Source of the DNA: Candidatus Spongiisociaceae bacterium
GTDB lineage: Bacteria > Actinomycetota > Acidimicrobiia > Spongiisociales > Spongiisociaceae
Assembly (NCBI GenBank): GCA_965262915.1
Contig: OZ253564.1
Span: 1,728,001 to 1,792,000 of the forward strand
DNA length: 64,000 nucleotides
Direction of reading: 5' to 3'
Each line of letters begins with the position of its first letter. The stretch's first letter is position 1. The position numbers and the translations under genes are program-made. Below the pieces are notes generated by a model. That model had not been told where the DNA came from. It made no database searches and saw nothing but the letters and a program-made list of their open reading frames with translations. Below, one piece after another: positions 41,673 through 55,928 of the stretch.

Positions 41673-43866
41673 GGTTGGGGTAGCCCACCGTCACCGCGAT
41701 GCTGCCCGGGCCGAACTCGAACCGATCCTGGCCGCCCTGCGACGTAACTTCCCCGAAGCCCAAGAGGACATCGTCATCCACGCTTACGACGTGGCCCAGA
41801 GGACCCATGCCGGCCAGTTCCGCCTCACGGGCGACCCCTTCATCACCCATCCGATCGCCGTTGCGATGATCCTGGCCGAGTACGGGCTCGATGTCGAGAC
41901 CATCGCGGCCGCTCTTCTCCACGACACGGTCGAGGACACCGACCTGACCCTGGAGGAGGTGGTGGCATCGTTCGGCCCCGACGTGGCCCGGATCACCGAC
42001 GGGGTCACCAAACTGGACCGGGTCAAGTTCGACCTCTCGCGGGAGGACGCCCAGGCAGCCACGATCCGCAAGATGGTGGTGTCGATGGCGCAGGACGTCC
42101 GGGTCCTGATCATCAAGCTGGTGGACCGCTTGCACAACCTCCGGACCATCCACCCTCTCCCCGAGGAGCGCCAGGCCGTCAAGGCTCGGGAGTCGCTCGA
42201 CGTGTACGCACCGCTGGCCCACCGTCTGGGGTTCCAGGAGATCAAGCACGAGATGGAGAACCGCTCCTTCGCCATCCTGTATCCGGCTCGTTACCACGAG
42301 ATAGAGGAGTTGATCCACCAGCGGGCGCCGGAACGGGAAGTGGTGATCGACAAGGTGATCGGGGAGGTGGCGGCCATGCTGGTCACCAGCGGTATTGGCG
42401 CCACGCTCGAGGGACGGCCCAAACACCACTATTCGATCTACCGCAAGATGGTCGACAGCCGCCTCTCGTTCGAGGATATTTACGACCTGATCGGCGTGCG
42501 GGTCCTGGTGGAGGAGGTCAAGGATTGCTACGCGGCGCTCGGTCTGGTGCACTCCCGATGGACACCGGTGCAGGGAAGGTTCAAGGACTATATCGCGGTT
42601 CCCAAGTTCAACCTCTACCAGAGCTTGCATACCACTGTGATCGGTCCCGATGGCCGACCGCTGGAGATCCAGATGCGCACCCACGAGATGCATGCCCGAG
42701 CCGAGTTCGGCATCGCGGCCCACTGGAGGTACAAGGAAGGGGGATCGAGCACTGACCTCGCGTGGATGGCCGACCTGCGGAGGCTACCCGAGGAATACGA
42801 CGAGCCCAGCGAGTTCCTCGCCAACCTCAAGCTCGACCTGTACGAGGATCTTGTTTTCGTGCTGACCCCCCGCGGTGACGTCCGCACACTGCCGAGGGGC
42901 GCCACCCCGGTGGACTTCGCGTATGCGATCCACACCGAGGTAGGCCATCGGTGCGTGGGCGCCAAGGTCAACGGGCGCCTCGTGACGCTTTCCACCGAAC
43001 TCGTATCGGGCGACATCGTGGAGATCATCACCACCAAGTCCGACGATTCGGGTCCCACCCGCGACTGGCTGGGGTTCGTCCGGACATCGAGGGCCCGGGG
43101 CAAGATCAAGCGCTGGTTCAGCCGGGCCCGCCGGGAGACCTCCCTGCAGTCGGGGAAGGAGAGGGTCGCCGATCTGATCAGGCGGGAGCGGGTACGCCTA
43201 CCGAGCGATGATCGGAACTCGATAATGGGCGAGGTGGCGGTGGCCCTCGGTTACCGGGATACGGAGGCGATGTACATAGCGGTCGGTGACGGCGCGGTAT
43301 CCCCCCAGACCGTGACCAGCCGCATCAAGCGACTGCTCGCCGTCCCCGTTGTGGGGGAGGATCTCGGATTCCTCGACACGCTCCGGCGCCGGGCCGATCG
43401 GCCCGCTGGAGAGGGCGTGATCGTCGAGGGCTTCGACGACGTATGGGTCCGCATAGCCCGCTGTTGCGGTCCGGTCCCCGGCGACGATCTGGTGGGTTTC
43501 GTCACCGTCGGTCGGGGGGTGTCGATCCATAGGGCCGATTGCAGCAACATGGAGAGGCTGGGCGACAGGACCGAGCGTATGATCGATGCGAGCTGGGCGC
43601 CCGGTCTGGTCTCCAGCTTCAGCGTATGGTTCCAGGTGGAGGCGCTCGACCGACCCAACCTCCTCCGTGACGTCACCTCGGTCATCTCCGACGCGGGCGG
43701 CAACATCGTGGGTGCGTCGTCCCGTACCGACCGGGATCGCGTAGCGGTGTTGCGCTACGAGGTGGAGCTGTCGGACCCGGGCCAGTTGAACCGTGTGCTC
43801 GCCGCCATGCGCCGGGTCGACAGCGTGTACGATGCCTTCCGCCTCAGGACCGGTGACCCCCATTAG
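41665..43866 (+). CDS. relA: Bifunctional (p)ppGpp synthetase/hydrolase
   Basis: HD domain (LHDTVED), RPKHHYSIY.KM, KDYIA.PK.N.YQSLHT, TGS and ACT domains. Confidence 0.97.
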   Translation: MSEVGVAHRHRDAARAELEPILAALRRNFPEAQEDIVIHAYDVAQRTHAGQFRLTGDPFITHPIAVAMILAEYGLDVETIAAALLHDTVEDTDLTLEEVVASFGPDVARITDGVTKLDRVKFDLSREDAQAATIRKMVVSMAQDVRVLIIKLVDRLHNLRTIHPLPEERQAVKARESLDVYAPLAHRLGFQEIKHEMENRSFAILYPARYHEIEELIHQRAPEREVVIDKVIGEVAAMLVTSGIGATLEGRPKHHYSIYRKMVDSRLSFEDIYDLIGVRVLVEEVKDCYAALGLVHSRWTPVQGRFKDYIAVPKFNLYQSLHTTVIGPDGRPLEIQMRTHEMHARAEFGIAAHWRYKEGGSSTDLAWMADLRRLPEEYDEPSEFLANLKLDLYEDLVFVLTPRGDVRTLPRGATPVDFAYAIHTEVGHRCVGAKVNGRLVTLSTELVSGDIVEIITTKSDDSGPTRDWLGFVRTSRARGKIKRWFSRARRETSLQSGKERVADLIRRERVRLPSDDRNSIMGEVAVALGYRDTEAMYIAVGDGAVSPQTVTSRIKRLLAVPVVGEDLGFLDTLRRRADRPAGEGVIVEGFDDVWVRIARCCGPVPGDDLVGFVTVGRGVSIHRADCSNMERLGDRTERMIDASWAPGLVSSFSVWFQVEALDRPNLLRDVTSVISDAGGNIVGASSRTDRDRVAVLRYEVELSDPGQLNRVLAAMRRVDSVYDAFRLRTGDPH

Positions 43867-44452
43867 GGGGGCCCAAAACGGGGGAATGGTTGGCCCGTCG
43901 TTCGCTGACCTGACATTCGGCTATCGACCGTCGGGTCGACGGGGAGTCTCAACCACCCTCCTAACCTGACCTCACGCGGGGCCGACGAATGTGCGGCCCG
44001 TTTCCGATCTCGCCTTGGAGGATGCTGAACGATGACGATGGAGGCCGGCCTGCGACTCGCTGACCCGGCACCTCGGTTCGGGCGGGGCCGCCGGTGGATG
44101 CTCGGCGCCCTCCCCTACCATTCCGAACAAAGGGCTTGAACCTGTCACACCGCCCCTGCATACTTGACACCAGCCAGGCACCTCGCGGCCGGGAGATTGA
44201 CGTCGGCCCGACCGCCGGAGGGAACGAGACGCCGGAGCGCCCGCCCTCGGCAGGCCGGGTGATGCGCGCTCCGACCCGAGGAGAGGTGGTGGGGGAGTGC
44301 TCACGGATGTGGATCCGCCCGCTCGGTTTTCGCGACCTGGCGGCGGTCCCCGTCCTCGTACCCGCAGAGGCGCCGCGGCTTTCGCAGATCGACCCGTCGT
44401 GCTTCACCCATCGGCACGAGTCCCCGGCTGAAACCCCTAGTCTGCCCCTAAC

Positions 44453-45100
44453 ATGGAAATCCATCGACTCGAACTCTGGCTCGCCGCCACCAACACCTAC
44501 GTGGTGGCGCCCGCCGCGGACGGACCTGCGGTGGTAGTGGATGCCCCTCCAGATGGCGATGAGCTCGTGTCGCTGCTCGCCGCTCATCGCTTGACTCCGG
44601 TGGCGCTGCTGGTGACCCACGGGCACATCGACCATGTCGGCGGAGCGGGCTCTCTCGTGGCCCGTACCGGGGTGACTGCCTACATACATCCCGAGGACGA
44701 CTACCTGACGCTCCATCCCGCCGAGCAACTGAGACAGCTGTTCGGATTCGTGATGCCCGGCGACTACGAGCCTCCCCGGCACTACCGGCCGCTCGAGGAC
44801 GGCCTCCGCCTCGACCTGGCCGGGCTGGGCTTCGAGGTGCTGGCCACACCCGGCCACACGCCCGGACACTGCTGTTTCCACCTGCCCGAGCAGGGGATAC
44901 TCTTCTCCGGAGACCAGTTGTTCGCCGGTTCCATCGGGCGTACCGACCTCCCGGGCGGCGACCACCAGGTCCTGATGAGGAGCATGGCGGAAAAAGTCCT
45001 TCCCCTCGACGACGATGTCCGGGTGTTGCCGGGTCACGGATCCTCCACCACGGTGGGGCGGGAACGCCGCACCAACCCCTTCCTGGCGGGTTTCCGATGA
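44453..45100 (+). CDS. MBL-fold metallo-hydrolase
   Basis: THGHIDH, TPGHTPG, SGD.LF.GSIGRTD, PGHG. Confidence 0.93.
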   Translation: MEIHRLELWLAATNTYVVAPAADGPAVVVDAPPDGDELVSLLAAHRLTPVALLVTHGHIDHVGGAGSLVARTGVTAYIHPEDDYLTLHPAEQLRQLFGFVMPGDYEPPRHYRPLEDGLRLDLAGLGFEVLATPGHTPGHCCFHLPEQGILFSGDQLFAGSIGRTDLPGGDHQVLMRSMAEKVLPLDDDVRVLPGHGSSTTVGRERRTNPFLAGFR

Positions 45101-46344
45101 GCTTCCGGGCGCCCAAGGGGACCGACGACATACTGCCCCCCGATTCGCGCCGATGGAGGACCCTGCTGCGCTCGTGGGATATCCTGGCCGAGCAGTACGG
45201 GTACGCATATGTCGCCACCCCGATATTCGAGGCCACCGAACTCTTCGCGAGGGGGATGGGTGAAGCCACCGAAGTGGTCGAGAAGCAGATGTACAACTTC
45301 CGCGACAAGGCGGGCCGGCGCTTGACCCTCCGCCCCGAGATCACCGCCGGGGTGGTACGGGCCTACATACAGGGGGGCCGGTCGGGCGAGTTCAAGGGGG
45401 CCTACTCGGGTCCGGCCTTCCGCTACGAACGGCCGCAGGAGGGTCGCCGCAGGCAGTTCTGGCAGGTGGGAGTCGAGTACCTGGGCGCTTCCGATGCGGA
45501 GGCCGACCTGGAGGTCATCGAGCTCGGCTACCGGTTCCTGCTCGACTGCGGCCTCGGCGATGTGGTGGTACAGGTCAACTCGATCGGGGATCCGGCCGAC
45601 CGCCTTGCCTATCACCGGATACTGGGGGATTGGCTGGAGGAGCGGCGAGAGATGCTCTCCGAGGACGCCCGGCGGCGGATCCGCTCCAACCCGCTCCGGG
45701 TGCTGGACTCCAAGGCCGATCGCGAGGTGGTGGCGGACGCTCCCGTTCCGGTCGATCACCTGGGCGCCGCGACGGCGGCCCACTACCACCAGGTCATCGA
45801 GGGATTGGGAGAGAGGGGCATAGAGCACCGGCAGGACCCCCGGCTGGTGCGCGGGCTCGACTACTACAACCGGACCGTGTTCGAGTACATCCCGCCCTCG
45901 TACCAGGCGGCCCAGAATGCCGTGGGAGGGGGCGGTCGGTACGACGGGCTCACCCGGATCCTCGGCGGGCCCGCCGTTCCGGGAGTCGGCGTCGCCCTCG
46001 GACTCGACCGGATCCTGGCCGCGGCGGGAAGCCGCCCCGCGGCCCGGGCGCTCGATGTGTTCCTCGTGGTGGCGGACCAGGACCGTCGCAGTCTGGCCCA
46101 CGCCTTCGCCCGCCGGCTGCGCTCAGCCGGTGTCCGCTGCGACCTGGTGGCCGGACGGCGGTCGGTGAAGGCGCAGTTCCGGGCCGCCAACCGCCGGGAC
46201 GCGGCCGCCGCCGTGGTCATCGGAAGCGAGTGGGATGCCGGTCTGGTCACGGTCAAGGATCTGAGTTCCGGAGACGAGCTCCGGATGCCGGCCGGCGAGG
46301 TGGTGGCTTGGGTGATGGATAGCCCCGGAGGAGGTGGCCGTTGA
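45097..46344 (+). CDS. hisS: Histidyl-tRNA synthetase
   Basis: LRPEITA, FRYERPQ.GR.RQF.Q, LVRGLDYY, GGGRYDGL. Confidence 0.97.
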   Translation: MSFRAPKGTDDILPPDSRRWRTLLRSWDILAEQYGYAYVATPIFEATELFARGMGEATEVVEKQMYNFRDKAGRRLTLRPEITAGVVRAYIQGGRSGEFKGAYSGPAFRYERPQEGRRRQFWQVGVEYLGASDAEADLEVIELGYRFLLDCGLGDVVVQVNSIGDPADRLAYHRILGDWLEERREMLSEDARRRIRSNPLRVLDSKADREVVADAPVPVDHLGAATAAHYHQVIEGLGERGIEHRQDPRLVRGLDYYNRTVFEYIPPSYQAAQNAVGGGGRYDGLTRILGGPAVPGVGVALGLDRILAAAGSRPAARALDVFLVVADQDRRSLAHAFARRLRSAGVRCDLVAGRRSVKAQFRAANRRDAAAAVVIGSEWDAGLVTVKDLSSGDELRMPAGEVVAWVMDSPGGGGR

Positions 46345-48131
46345 CCGTATATCGTTCGCATCTCGCGACAGAACTCCGGTTGGACCAGGCCGGGCAGCAG
46401 GCCAGGTTGGCGGGATGGGTGGCCCGGGTCAGGGACCTGGGCGGCATCTCGTTCTTCGACCTGCGGGACGGGAGCGGTCTGGTGCAGGTGGTGGTCGATC
46501 CGGCCGTGGTGCCTGCCGCCTCGGGGCTGCGCATGGAGTACTGCGTGGCGGTCGAAGGGACCGTTCGGCGCAGACCGGAGGGAACCGAGAACCCGGAGCT
46601 CGAAACCGGTTCGTTGGAGGTGGCCGCCGACCGCCTCGAGATCCTGAGCCGCTCGGCCCCGTTGCCCTTCATGATCGACGACCGGTCCGCCGCCGAGGAG
46701 AAGGTGCGGTTGCGGCACCGCTACCTCGATCTCCGCCGCCCCCGCATGGCCGCCAACCTGCGGGCTCGCTCGCTGTGCATCAGGGCCATCCGGGAGACCC
46801 TCGACGGGCTCGGGTTCCTGGACGTGGAGACGCCCACCCTGGTCAACTCGACGCCGGAAGGGGCGCGGGACTTTCTCGTGCCGAGCCGGTTGCGGCCCGG
46901 CCACTTCTACGCCCTGCCGCAGAGCCCGCAGCTGTTCAAGCAGTTGCTCATGGTGGCGGGGGTCGAGCGTTACTACCAGATCGCCCGCTGCTACCGGGAC
47001 GAGGACACCCGCGCCGACCGCCAGCTCGAGTTCACCCAACTCGACCTCGAGGGGGCATTCTGGGGGCGGGACGACGTGTTCGCCGCCATCGAGCGGGTGG
47101 TGGCAACGGTCGTGAGGCGCTTGCGGGGCATCGAAATCACCCTGCCCCTGCCGAGGCTCGCCCACCGGGAGGCGATGGCCCGCTACGGGACCGACAAGCC
47201 CGATCTGCGCTTCGGGATGGCGATCGCCGACCTGTCCGAGCAGTTCGCCGGTACCCGATTCCGCGGGTTCGGCCGGGTCCTCGGGTCCGGGGGAGTGGTC
47301 CGGGGTATCAACGCGGGTGCCCGGGCGCCCTCACGTGCCGAGCTGGACGGCCTGGTGGATCGGGCAAAGGACCTGGGCGCCGCCGGACTGGTCTGGGCGG
47401 TGGTCCGCGACGACGGGGAGTTGCGGTCGCCGGTGGCCAAGTTCCTGAGCGGAGCGGAGAGGGCGGGGGTCGCCGCGGCGCTGGGGGCGTCACCCGGTGA
47501 TGTCCTCCTGCTGGTGGCGGACCGGGAACAGGTGGCCTCCGCGGTCCTGGGGGCGATCCGGCTCGATCTCGGCCGGCCCGAGGGCCATGACGACCTCCAC
47601 TTCGCCTGGATCGTCGACTTTCCCGTGTTCGACCGGACGGACCAGGGTGATCTGGTCCCGTCCCACCACCCCTTCACTGCCCCGGTCTCGGTCGAGGAGA
47701 TGCGGGAGCGGCCGGGGGATGCGGTGGCCCGGGCGTACGACCTCGTGCTGAACGGATCGGAACTGGGCTCGGGCTCGGTGCGGATCCACGATCCCGACAT
47801 CCAGCGGGCGGTTTTCGAGATCCTCGGCATCTCCGGTGAGGAGGCCGAGTCTCGCTTCGGGTGGTTCCTCGAGGCCCTGAGGTACGGGACCCCGCCCCAT
47901 GCCGGTTTCGCCATAGGCATCGACCGTCTCGTGGCCATCCTCCAGGACGAATCGAGCATTCGCGAGGTGATCCCGTTCCCGAAGACGCAGAGCGGGGCCG
48001 ATCCGCTCACCACTGCCCCCACCCGGGTGGACGACACCCAGCTGGGCGAGCTCGGGATCGACTTGGCGGCCGAGACGAGAGCTGCCTGGGGTGAGACAGG
48101 CGACGGAGCCCGGTCCACCGGCTCGTCTTGA
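46341..48131 (+). CDS. aspS: Aspartyl-tRNA synthetase
   Basis: RYLDLRR, TPEGARDF.VP, LPQSPQLFKQ, HHPFT, GTPPHAG.A.GIDR, FPKT. Confidence 0.97.
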   Translation: MTVYRSHLATELRLDQAGQQARLAGWVARVRDLGGISFFDLRDGSGLVQVVVDPAVVPAASGLRMEYCVAVEGTVRRRPEGTENPELETGSLEVAADRLEILSRSAPLPFMIDDRSAAEEKVRLRHRYLDLRRPRMAANLRARSLCIRAIRETLDGLGFLDVETPTLVNSTPEGARDFLVPSRLRPGHFYALPQSPQLFKQLLMVAGVERYYQIARCYRDEDTRADRQLEFTQLDLEGAFWGRDDVFAAIERVVATVVRRLRGIEITLPLPRLAHREAMARYGTDKPDLRFGMAIADLSEQFAGTRFRGFGRVLGSGGVVRGINAGARAPSRAELDGLVDRAKDLGAAGLVWAVVRDDGELRSPVAKFLSGAERAGVAAALGASPGDVLLLVADREQVASAVLGAIRLDLGRPEGHDDLHFAWIVDFPVFDRTDQGDLVPSHHPFTAPVSVEEMRERPGDAVARAYDLVLNGSELGSGSVRIHDPDIQRAVFEILGISGEEAESRFGWFLEALRYGTPPHAGFAIGIDRLVAILQDESSIREVIPFPKTQSGADPLTTAPTRVDDTQLGELGIDLAAETRAAWGETGDGARSTGSS

Positions 48132-48243
48132 CCCCGCCCATGGACCCCTCGGCGCCCGGTATCCGCAACGCCGGTGCCGAGACGAGCCCGGAGGGTCGAG
48201 GTCCCGCTCTCCGGGAAACCCCTGCCCTGTCCCCCTGGTCGTG

Positions 48244-49614
<1,371 letters not shown>

Positions 49615-49744
49615 AGGGTTTCCGCCGACCTGGAATCCCTCGTGCAGCCCGCTCATACGTTTCACAAGGGGATAGTCGTCAGGGCGACGCCGGAGCGTGC
49701 CTCACCACCGTCCAAACCATGATCGTCGGGGAGGTGTGTCAGTG

Positions 49745-50070
49745 CCTTGCGCGTTTCGCCCGTGCTCGATGCGCGACGCTCAGGGCTAGCCGATGTCCAC
49801 CTGAGCAGACAGTTGCTTCCCGGTGGAACCCCGGGCCCCACGGATGGATTGGAGAGCACGAACTCGGCGGGTGATCTCCGCATGCTTGCGATCTTCGAGT
49901 TCGGCCGCTCTCGGGTCGGCTAGTACCCGATCGCGGGTGGCCTGCACCCGCGCCGTCGAGGTGCTCCACTCCTCGTCGCTGTGGTTCCCGGATCCTAAGC
50001 GAGGATCGGCTAGGGCCTCTGTGACGACCCGAATCGCTTCCCGCTCTCGATCCTCGCGTCGGTGATCCAT
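49745..50070 (-). pseudogene. Degenerate XRE/HigA-like HTH protein between the rarA repeats
   Basis: ..RALQSIRGARGSTGKQLSAQVDIG* followed by ASRIEHG, resembling an HTH_3 recognition helix broken by stop codons. Confidence 0.5.
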
Positions 50071-50262
50071 ATCCTTATCCTTTTGTCCATCTCGACGATT
50101 ATATGGTCTCGGGGAAGCCGAGATCGGCGACCGTCTGGAGGAGTGGGACCGCCGGCTGGGACGGCCCGCACGCGACTTTCGGCCTGAGTGGTGATACTCC
50201 ACACTCTCCCGAGAGAACCGGGGTCGATCTCGATACGGGAGCATATGGACTAGCATAGGGTC

Positions 50263-50508
50263 ATGGCCCGACGTGAGGTTCTGGTACAACTCGATGACGA
50301 TCTTGTAGAGCGACTGGATCACCTGGCCAGGGCTTTGGATACCAACCGTTCCGAGCTATTACGCCGGGGCGCGCGAGCCGTGATCGCAGCTGAGGATCTG
50401 GCTGTGGCCGACCGCGAGCTGGTCGCGGCCTACCGGCGCCTACCCCCGGATCCGGCACTCGTACGATCAGCGGCCCGTCTCGCAGCCCGAACCGCGCCTG
50501 AGTGGTAG
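50263..50508 (+). CDS. RHH (CopG) antitoxin
   Basis: VLVQLDDDLVERLD.LA....NRSELLRRG; directly upstream of the toxin. Confidence 0.82.
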   Translation: MARREVLVQLDDDLVERLDHLARALDTNRSELLRRGARAVIAAEDLAVADRELVAAYRRLPPDPALVRSAARLAARTAPEW

Positions 50509-50832
50509 GTGGTCTCGAGAAACGAGATCTACTGGGCCGATCTTGGTCCGCCTGCAGGAGTGCGACCCGTGTGTGTGCTTACGAGAGACGCAGCCGCCAC
50601 GGTTCTCACGTCCGTCACGTGCGCACCCATCACCCGAACCGTGCGGGGGATAAGGTCGGAGGTCGAGATCGGTCCGGAAGAAGGATTGCCGGAACCCTGC
50701 GCCGTCAATTGTGACAACCTCATCACCATCCCGATCTCGTGCCTCGATTCCCGTCCGGTGGGACGGCTGGGCGAGGTCAAGAGGGCCGAGATGGACCGGG
50801 CTCTGCGCTACGCACTCGACATCCTCTACTGA
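50509..50832 (+). CDS. mazF: MazF/PemK endoribonuclease toxin
   Basis: RNEIYWADL, RPVCVLTR, APIT, EEGL, VNCDNL.TI. Confidence 0.9.
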   Translation: MVSRNEIYWADLGPPAGVRPVCVLTRDAAATVLTSVTCAPITRTVRGIRSEVEIGPEEGLPEPCAVNCDNLITIPISCLDSRPVGRLGEVKRAEMDRALRYALDILY

Positions 50833-50919
50833 TCGTCCCAGAGCCCTGGCCGTGGCGGGATCGGGGAGCCACGGGACCGTGTCCGGTAAGGGTGCGGGGT
50901 ACGGCTAACCTGATCCGCT

Positions 50920-53540
<2,621 letters not shown>

Positions 53541-53541
<1 letters not shown>

Positions 53542-53996
53542 TGAGCGAGCGCCACGGCCGGACCGGAGGGCCGGGGGGCCGTGTGATGGGAATCGATTAC
53601 GGGCGCAAGCGGGTGGGTATCGCCCTCTCCGACGGTCTGAGGATCGCTGCCCATCCCTACGAGGTCCTCGAGTCGGGTCCCCGTCTCGAGGATCGCCTGG
53701 CAGAGATGGTGAACCACAACGAGGTGACCACGGTCGTGGTCGGCCTGCCCACCTCCCTCGACGGGACGGAGCGGTCATCGGCTAAGCTCGCCCGCCGTTT
53801 CGCCGACCGGATCGGTGCGTTGCTGGACATCGATGTGGTCCTCTACGACGAGCGGTTCACATCGAAGATCGCCGAGCGGGTCCTGATAGAGGCGGGTACC
53901 TCCAGGGCCGGCCGACGGAGCCGGGTGGACAAGGTGGCCGCGGCGGTGATGCTCCAGGGCTACCTCGACCGCCTGGCCGGGGAGCCGCTCCGGTGA
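53541..53996 (+). CDS. ruvX: RuvX/YqgF nuclease
   Basis: GIDYG.KRVGIALSD, VVGLP, DERFTS, VDKVAA..MLQ.YLD. Confidence 0.95.
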
Positions 53997-55117
53997 GCTA
54001 CGGACCCGAGTTCCTTCCCGAGGAGAGCGATCACGCCGGGGAACGGCCCATCGCGAGGGTGAAGGGAACCGTGATCGCCTTGCTGGTGAGCGGCGTGGTG
54101 GTGTACGGCCTGCTGGTGGGGGGCCAGAGGGCCGGCGACTGGGTGAACGGGCTGGGCCGGTTCGGAGCCGAGGATGAAGTGGTCGAGGTGGAGCCGGGAC
54201 GGACGGTGAAGGTGGAGGTGCCGGTGGGTTCCAGCGCCCGGGGGATCGCCGGGATCCTCGTGGACAACGGTGTCATCCGATCCGCAGTGGCCTTCGAGTC
54301 GGTGGTCCGGTCCCGGCAGGCGGGAAGCCTGCTCAAGGCGGGGCGATACGAGTTGGTGACCGGCGCCGACCTCGACGAGATCGTCGACATCCTGGTGGCC
54401 GGACCGACGGTGGAGACCTTCCGATTGACGGTGGTGGAGGGGCGCCGGATCGGGGAGGTACTGGCCGACATGGCCCGCCAGACCGGCCACTCCGAGGAGG
54501 AGTTGTCCGCCACCTTGATCGAAGGCGAGATCAGGTCGCTCTATCTCCCCGAGGGCGTGCGGGGGATAGCCGCTTGGGAGGGTCTCCTCTTCCCGGCCAC
54601 CTACGAGTTCTTCAGCGACGCCACCCCCGAGGAGATGCTCCAGCGTCTGGCCGACGAGACCGAGCGGCGGATGGACAGGATTGACTGGGAGCCGCTACTC
54701 CGGAAGGGAATCTCCGCGTACGAGGGCTTGGTGATCGCATCGCTCGTCGAGGCGGAGGCCGGAATCGACGAGGACCGACCGCTGATCGCCGGCGTGATCC
54801 ACAACCGGCTGGATCGAAGCATGAGGTTGGAGATCGACGCCACCGTCCTGTACGCGCTGGGCGAGCGGGGAAGAGGGTTGACCCTCGACGACCTCGAGTT
54901 CGTCTCACCCTATAACACCTACCGGGTGGCCGGCCTTCCCCCCACGCCGATCGGTACGCCGGGCTTCAAGTCGTTGGAGGCGGTGGTGGATCCGGCAGAG
55001 ACCAACTTCCTCTACTACGTCCTCACCTCGGAGGACGGTTCCCATTCATTCTTCGCCGATTACGGCGAGTTCCTGGACGCCAAACAGCGGGCCCGAGAGG
55101 AAGGTATCGCTCCGTGA
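53993..55117 (+). CDS. mltG: Endolytic transglycosylase
   Basis: TM, EG.LFP.TY, IASLVEAEA, NRL..M.LEIDATV.Y, SPYNTY...GLPPTPI. Confidence 0.95.
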   Translation: MSYGPEFLPEESDHAGERPIARVKGTVIALLVSGVVVYGLLVGGQRAGDWVNGLGRFGAEDEVVEVEPGRTVKVEVPVGSSARGIAGILVDNGVIRSAVAFESVVRSRQAGSLLKAGRYELVTGADLDEIVDILVAGPTVETFRLTVVEGRRIGEVLADMARQTGHSEEELSATLIEGEIRSLYLPEGVRGIAAWEGLLFPATYEFFSDATPEEMLQRLADETERRMDRIDWEPLLRKGISAYEGLVIASLVEAEAGIDEDRPLIAGVIHNRLDRSMRLEIDATVLYALGERGRGLTLDDLEFVSPYNTYRVAGLPPTPIGTPGFKSLEAVVDPAETNFLYYVLTSEDGSHSFFADYGEFLDAKQRAREEGIAP

Positions 55118-55926
55118 GGCCTCTCCGGCTGGTGGTCCTCGGGAACCCGGTGGCCCACTCGCTCTCGCCGGTGATCCAGCGGGCCGCTCTGGAGTTCGCC
55201 GGGATCGAAGGAACCTATGTTCGCCGCCGGGTCGACGATGAAGGTATGGCGGAGGTGGCGGCGGAGATCCGGGACGGGCGGATGGACGGGGCCAACGTCA
55301 CGATGCCCCACAAGGCCCGGGCCGCCCGGCTGGCGGACCGCCTCTCGCCGCCGGCCGCACGGTGCGGTGGCGCCAACACCCTGTGGCGGGAGGAGGATCG
55401 CCTGTGCGCGCACACCACCGACCCGGACGGGGTGCGGTTCGCATGGGAACACGCCGGGCTACCCGACGGCGCGCCCGTGCTGTTGCTGGGCGCCGGTGGA
55501 GCGGCGGCGGCGGCTCTGGTCGCCCTGGAAGATCGTGCCCCGCTGGTCTCGGCCCGGCGGGAGGAGGCGGCCAGGTCCTTGGTGGACCGGGTGGCCCCGG
55601 CCGCTTCGGTGATCGGATGGGGTAGGGCGGTTCCGGGTGCGGTAGTGGTCAACGCCACCCCGTTGGGCATGGCCGGAGACAACCTGCCCGACGGCGTTCT
55701 CGACGAGGCGGCGGGCCTGCTGGAGATGAATTACGGCGGAGGGGAAACTCCGGCCGCGGCCTTTCTACGCTCCCGGAACCGTCCGGTGGCGCCGGGAGAG
55801 TTGATGCTGGTGGGCCAGGGAGCAGCCTCGTTCGCCATATGGACCGGGGTGGACGTACCGCCGGCCGTGATGCTGGCCGCGCTCGATGCCCGACGGGGTG
55901 TGGCACCCGAGTCCGACCGACGGTAG
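55114..55926 (+). CDS. aroE: Shikimate dehydrogenase
   Basis: GNPVAHSLSP, GANVTMPHK, GAGGAA, VNATPLGM, MLV.QG. Confidence 0.93.
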   Translation: MRPLRLVVLGNPVAHSLSPVIQRAALEFAGIEGTYVRRRVDDEGMAEVAAEIRDGRMDGANVTMPHKARAARLADRLSPPAARCGGANTLWREEDRLCAHTTDPDGVRFAWEHAGLPDGAPVLLLGAGGAAAAALVALEDRAPLVSARREEAARSLVDRVAPAASVIGWGRAVPGAVVVNATPLGMAGDNLPDGVLDEAAGLLEMNYGGGETPAAAFLRSRNRPVAPGELMLVGQGAASFAIWTGVDVPPAVMLAALDARRGVAPESDRR

Positions 55927-55928
55927 GC

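Noticed and set aside
46341-48131. Calling AspRS discriminating versus non-discriminating
   Set aside because: Diagnostic residues look mixed (RDLGG versus RPEG) and cannot be resolved without an alignment.
48132-48243. 6S RNA between aspS and rarA (or before the 5-FTHF cyclo-ligase)
   Set aside because: The gap is only about 110 bp, the cyclo-ligase overlaps its upstream gene, and no 6S-like structure was recognised.
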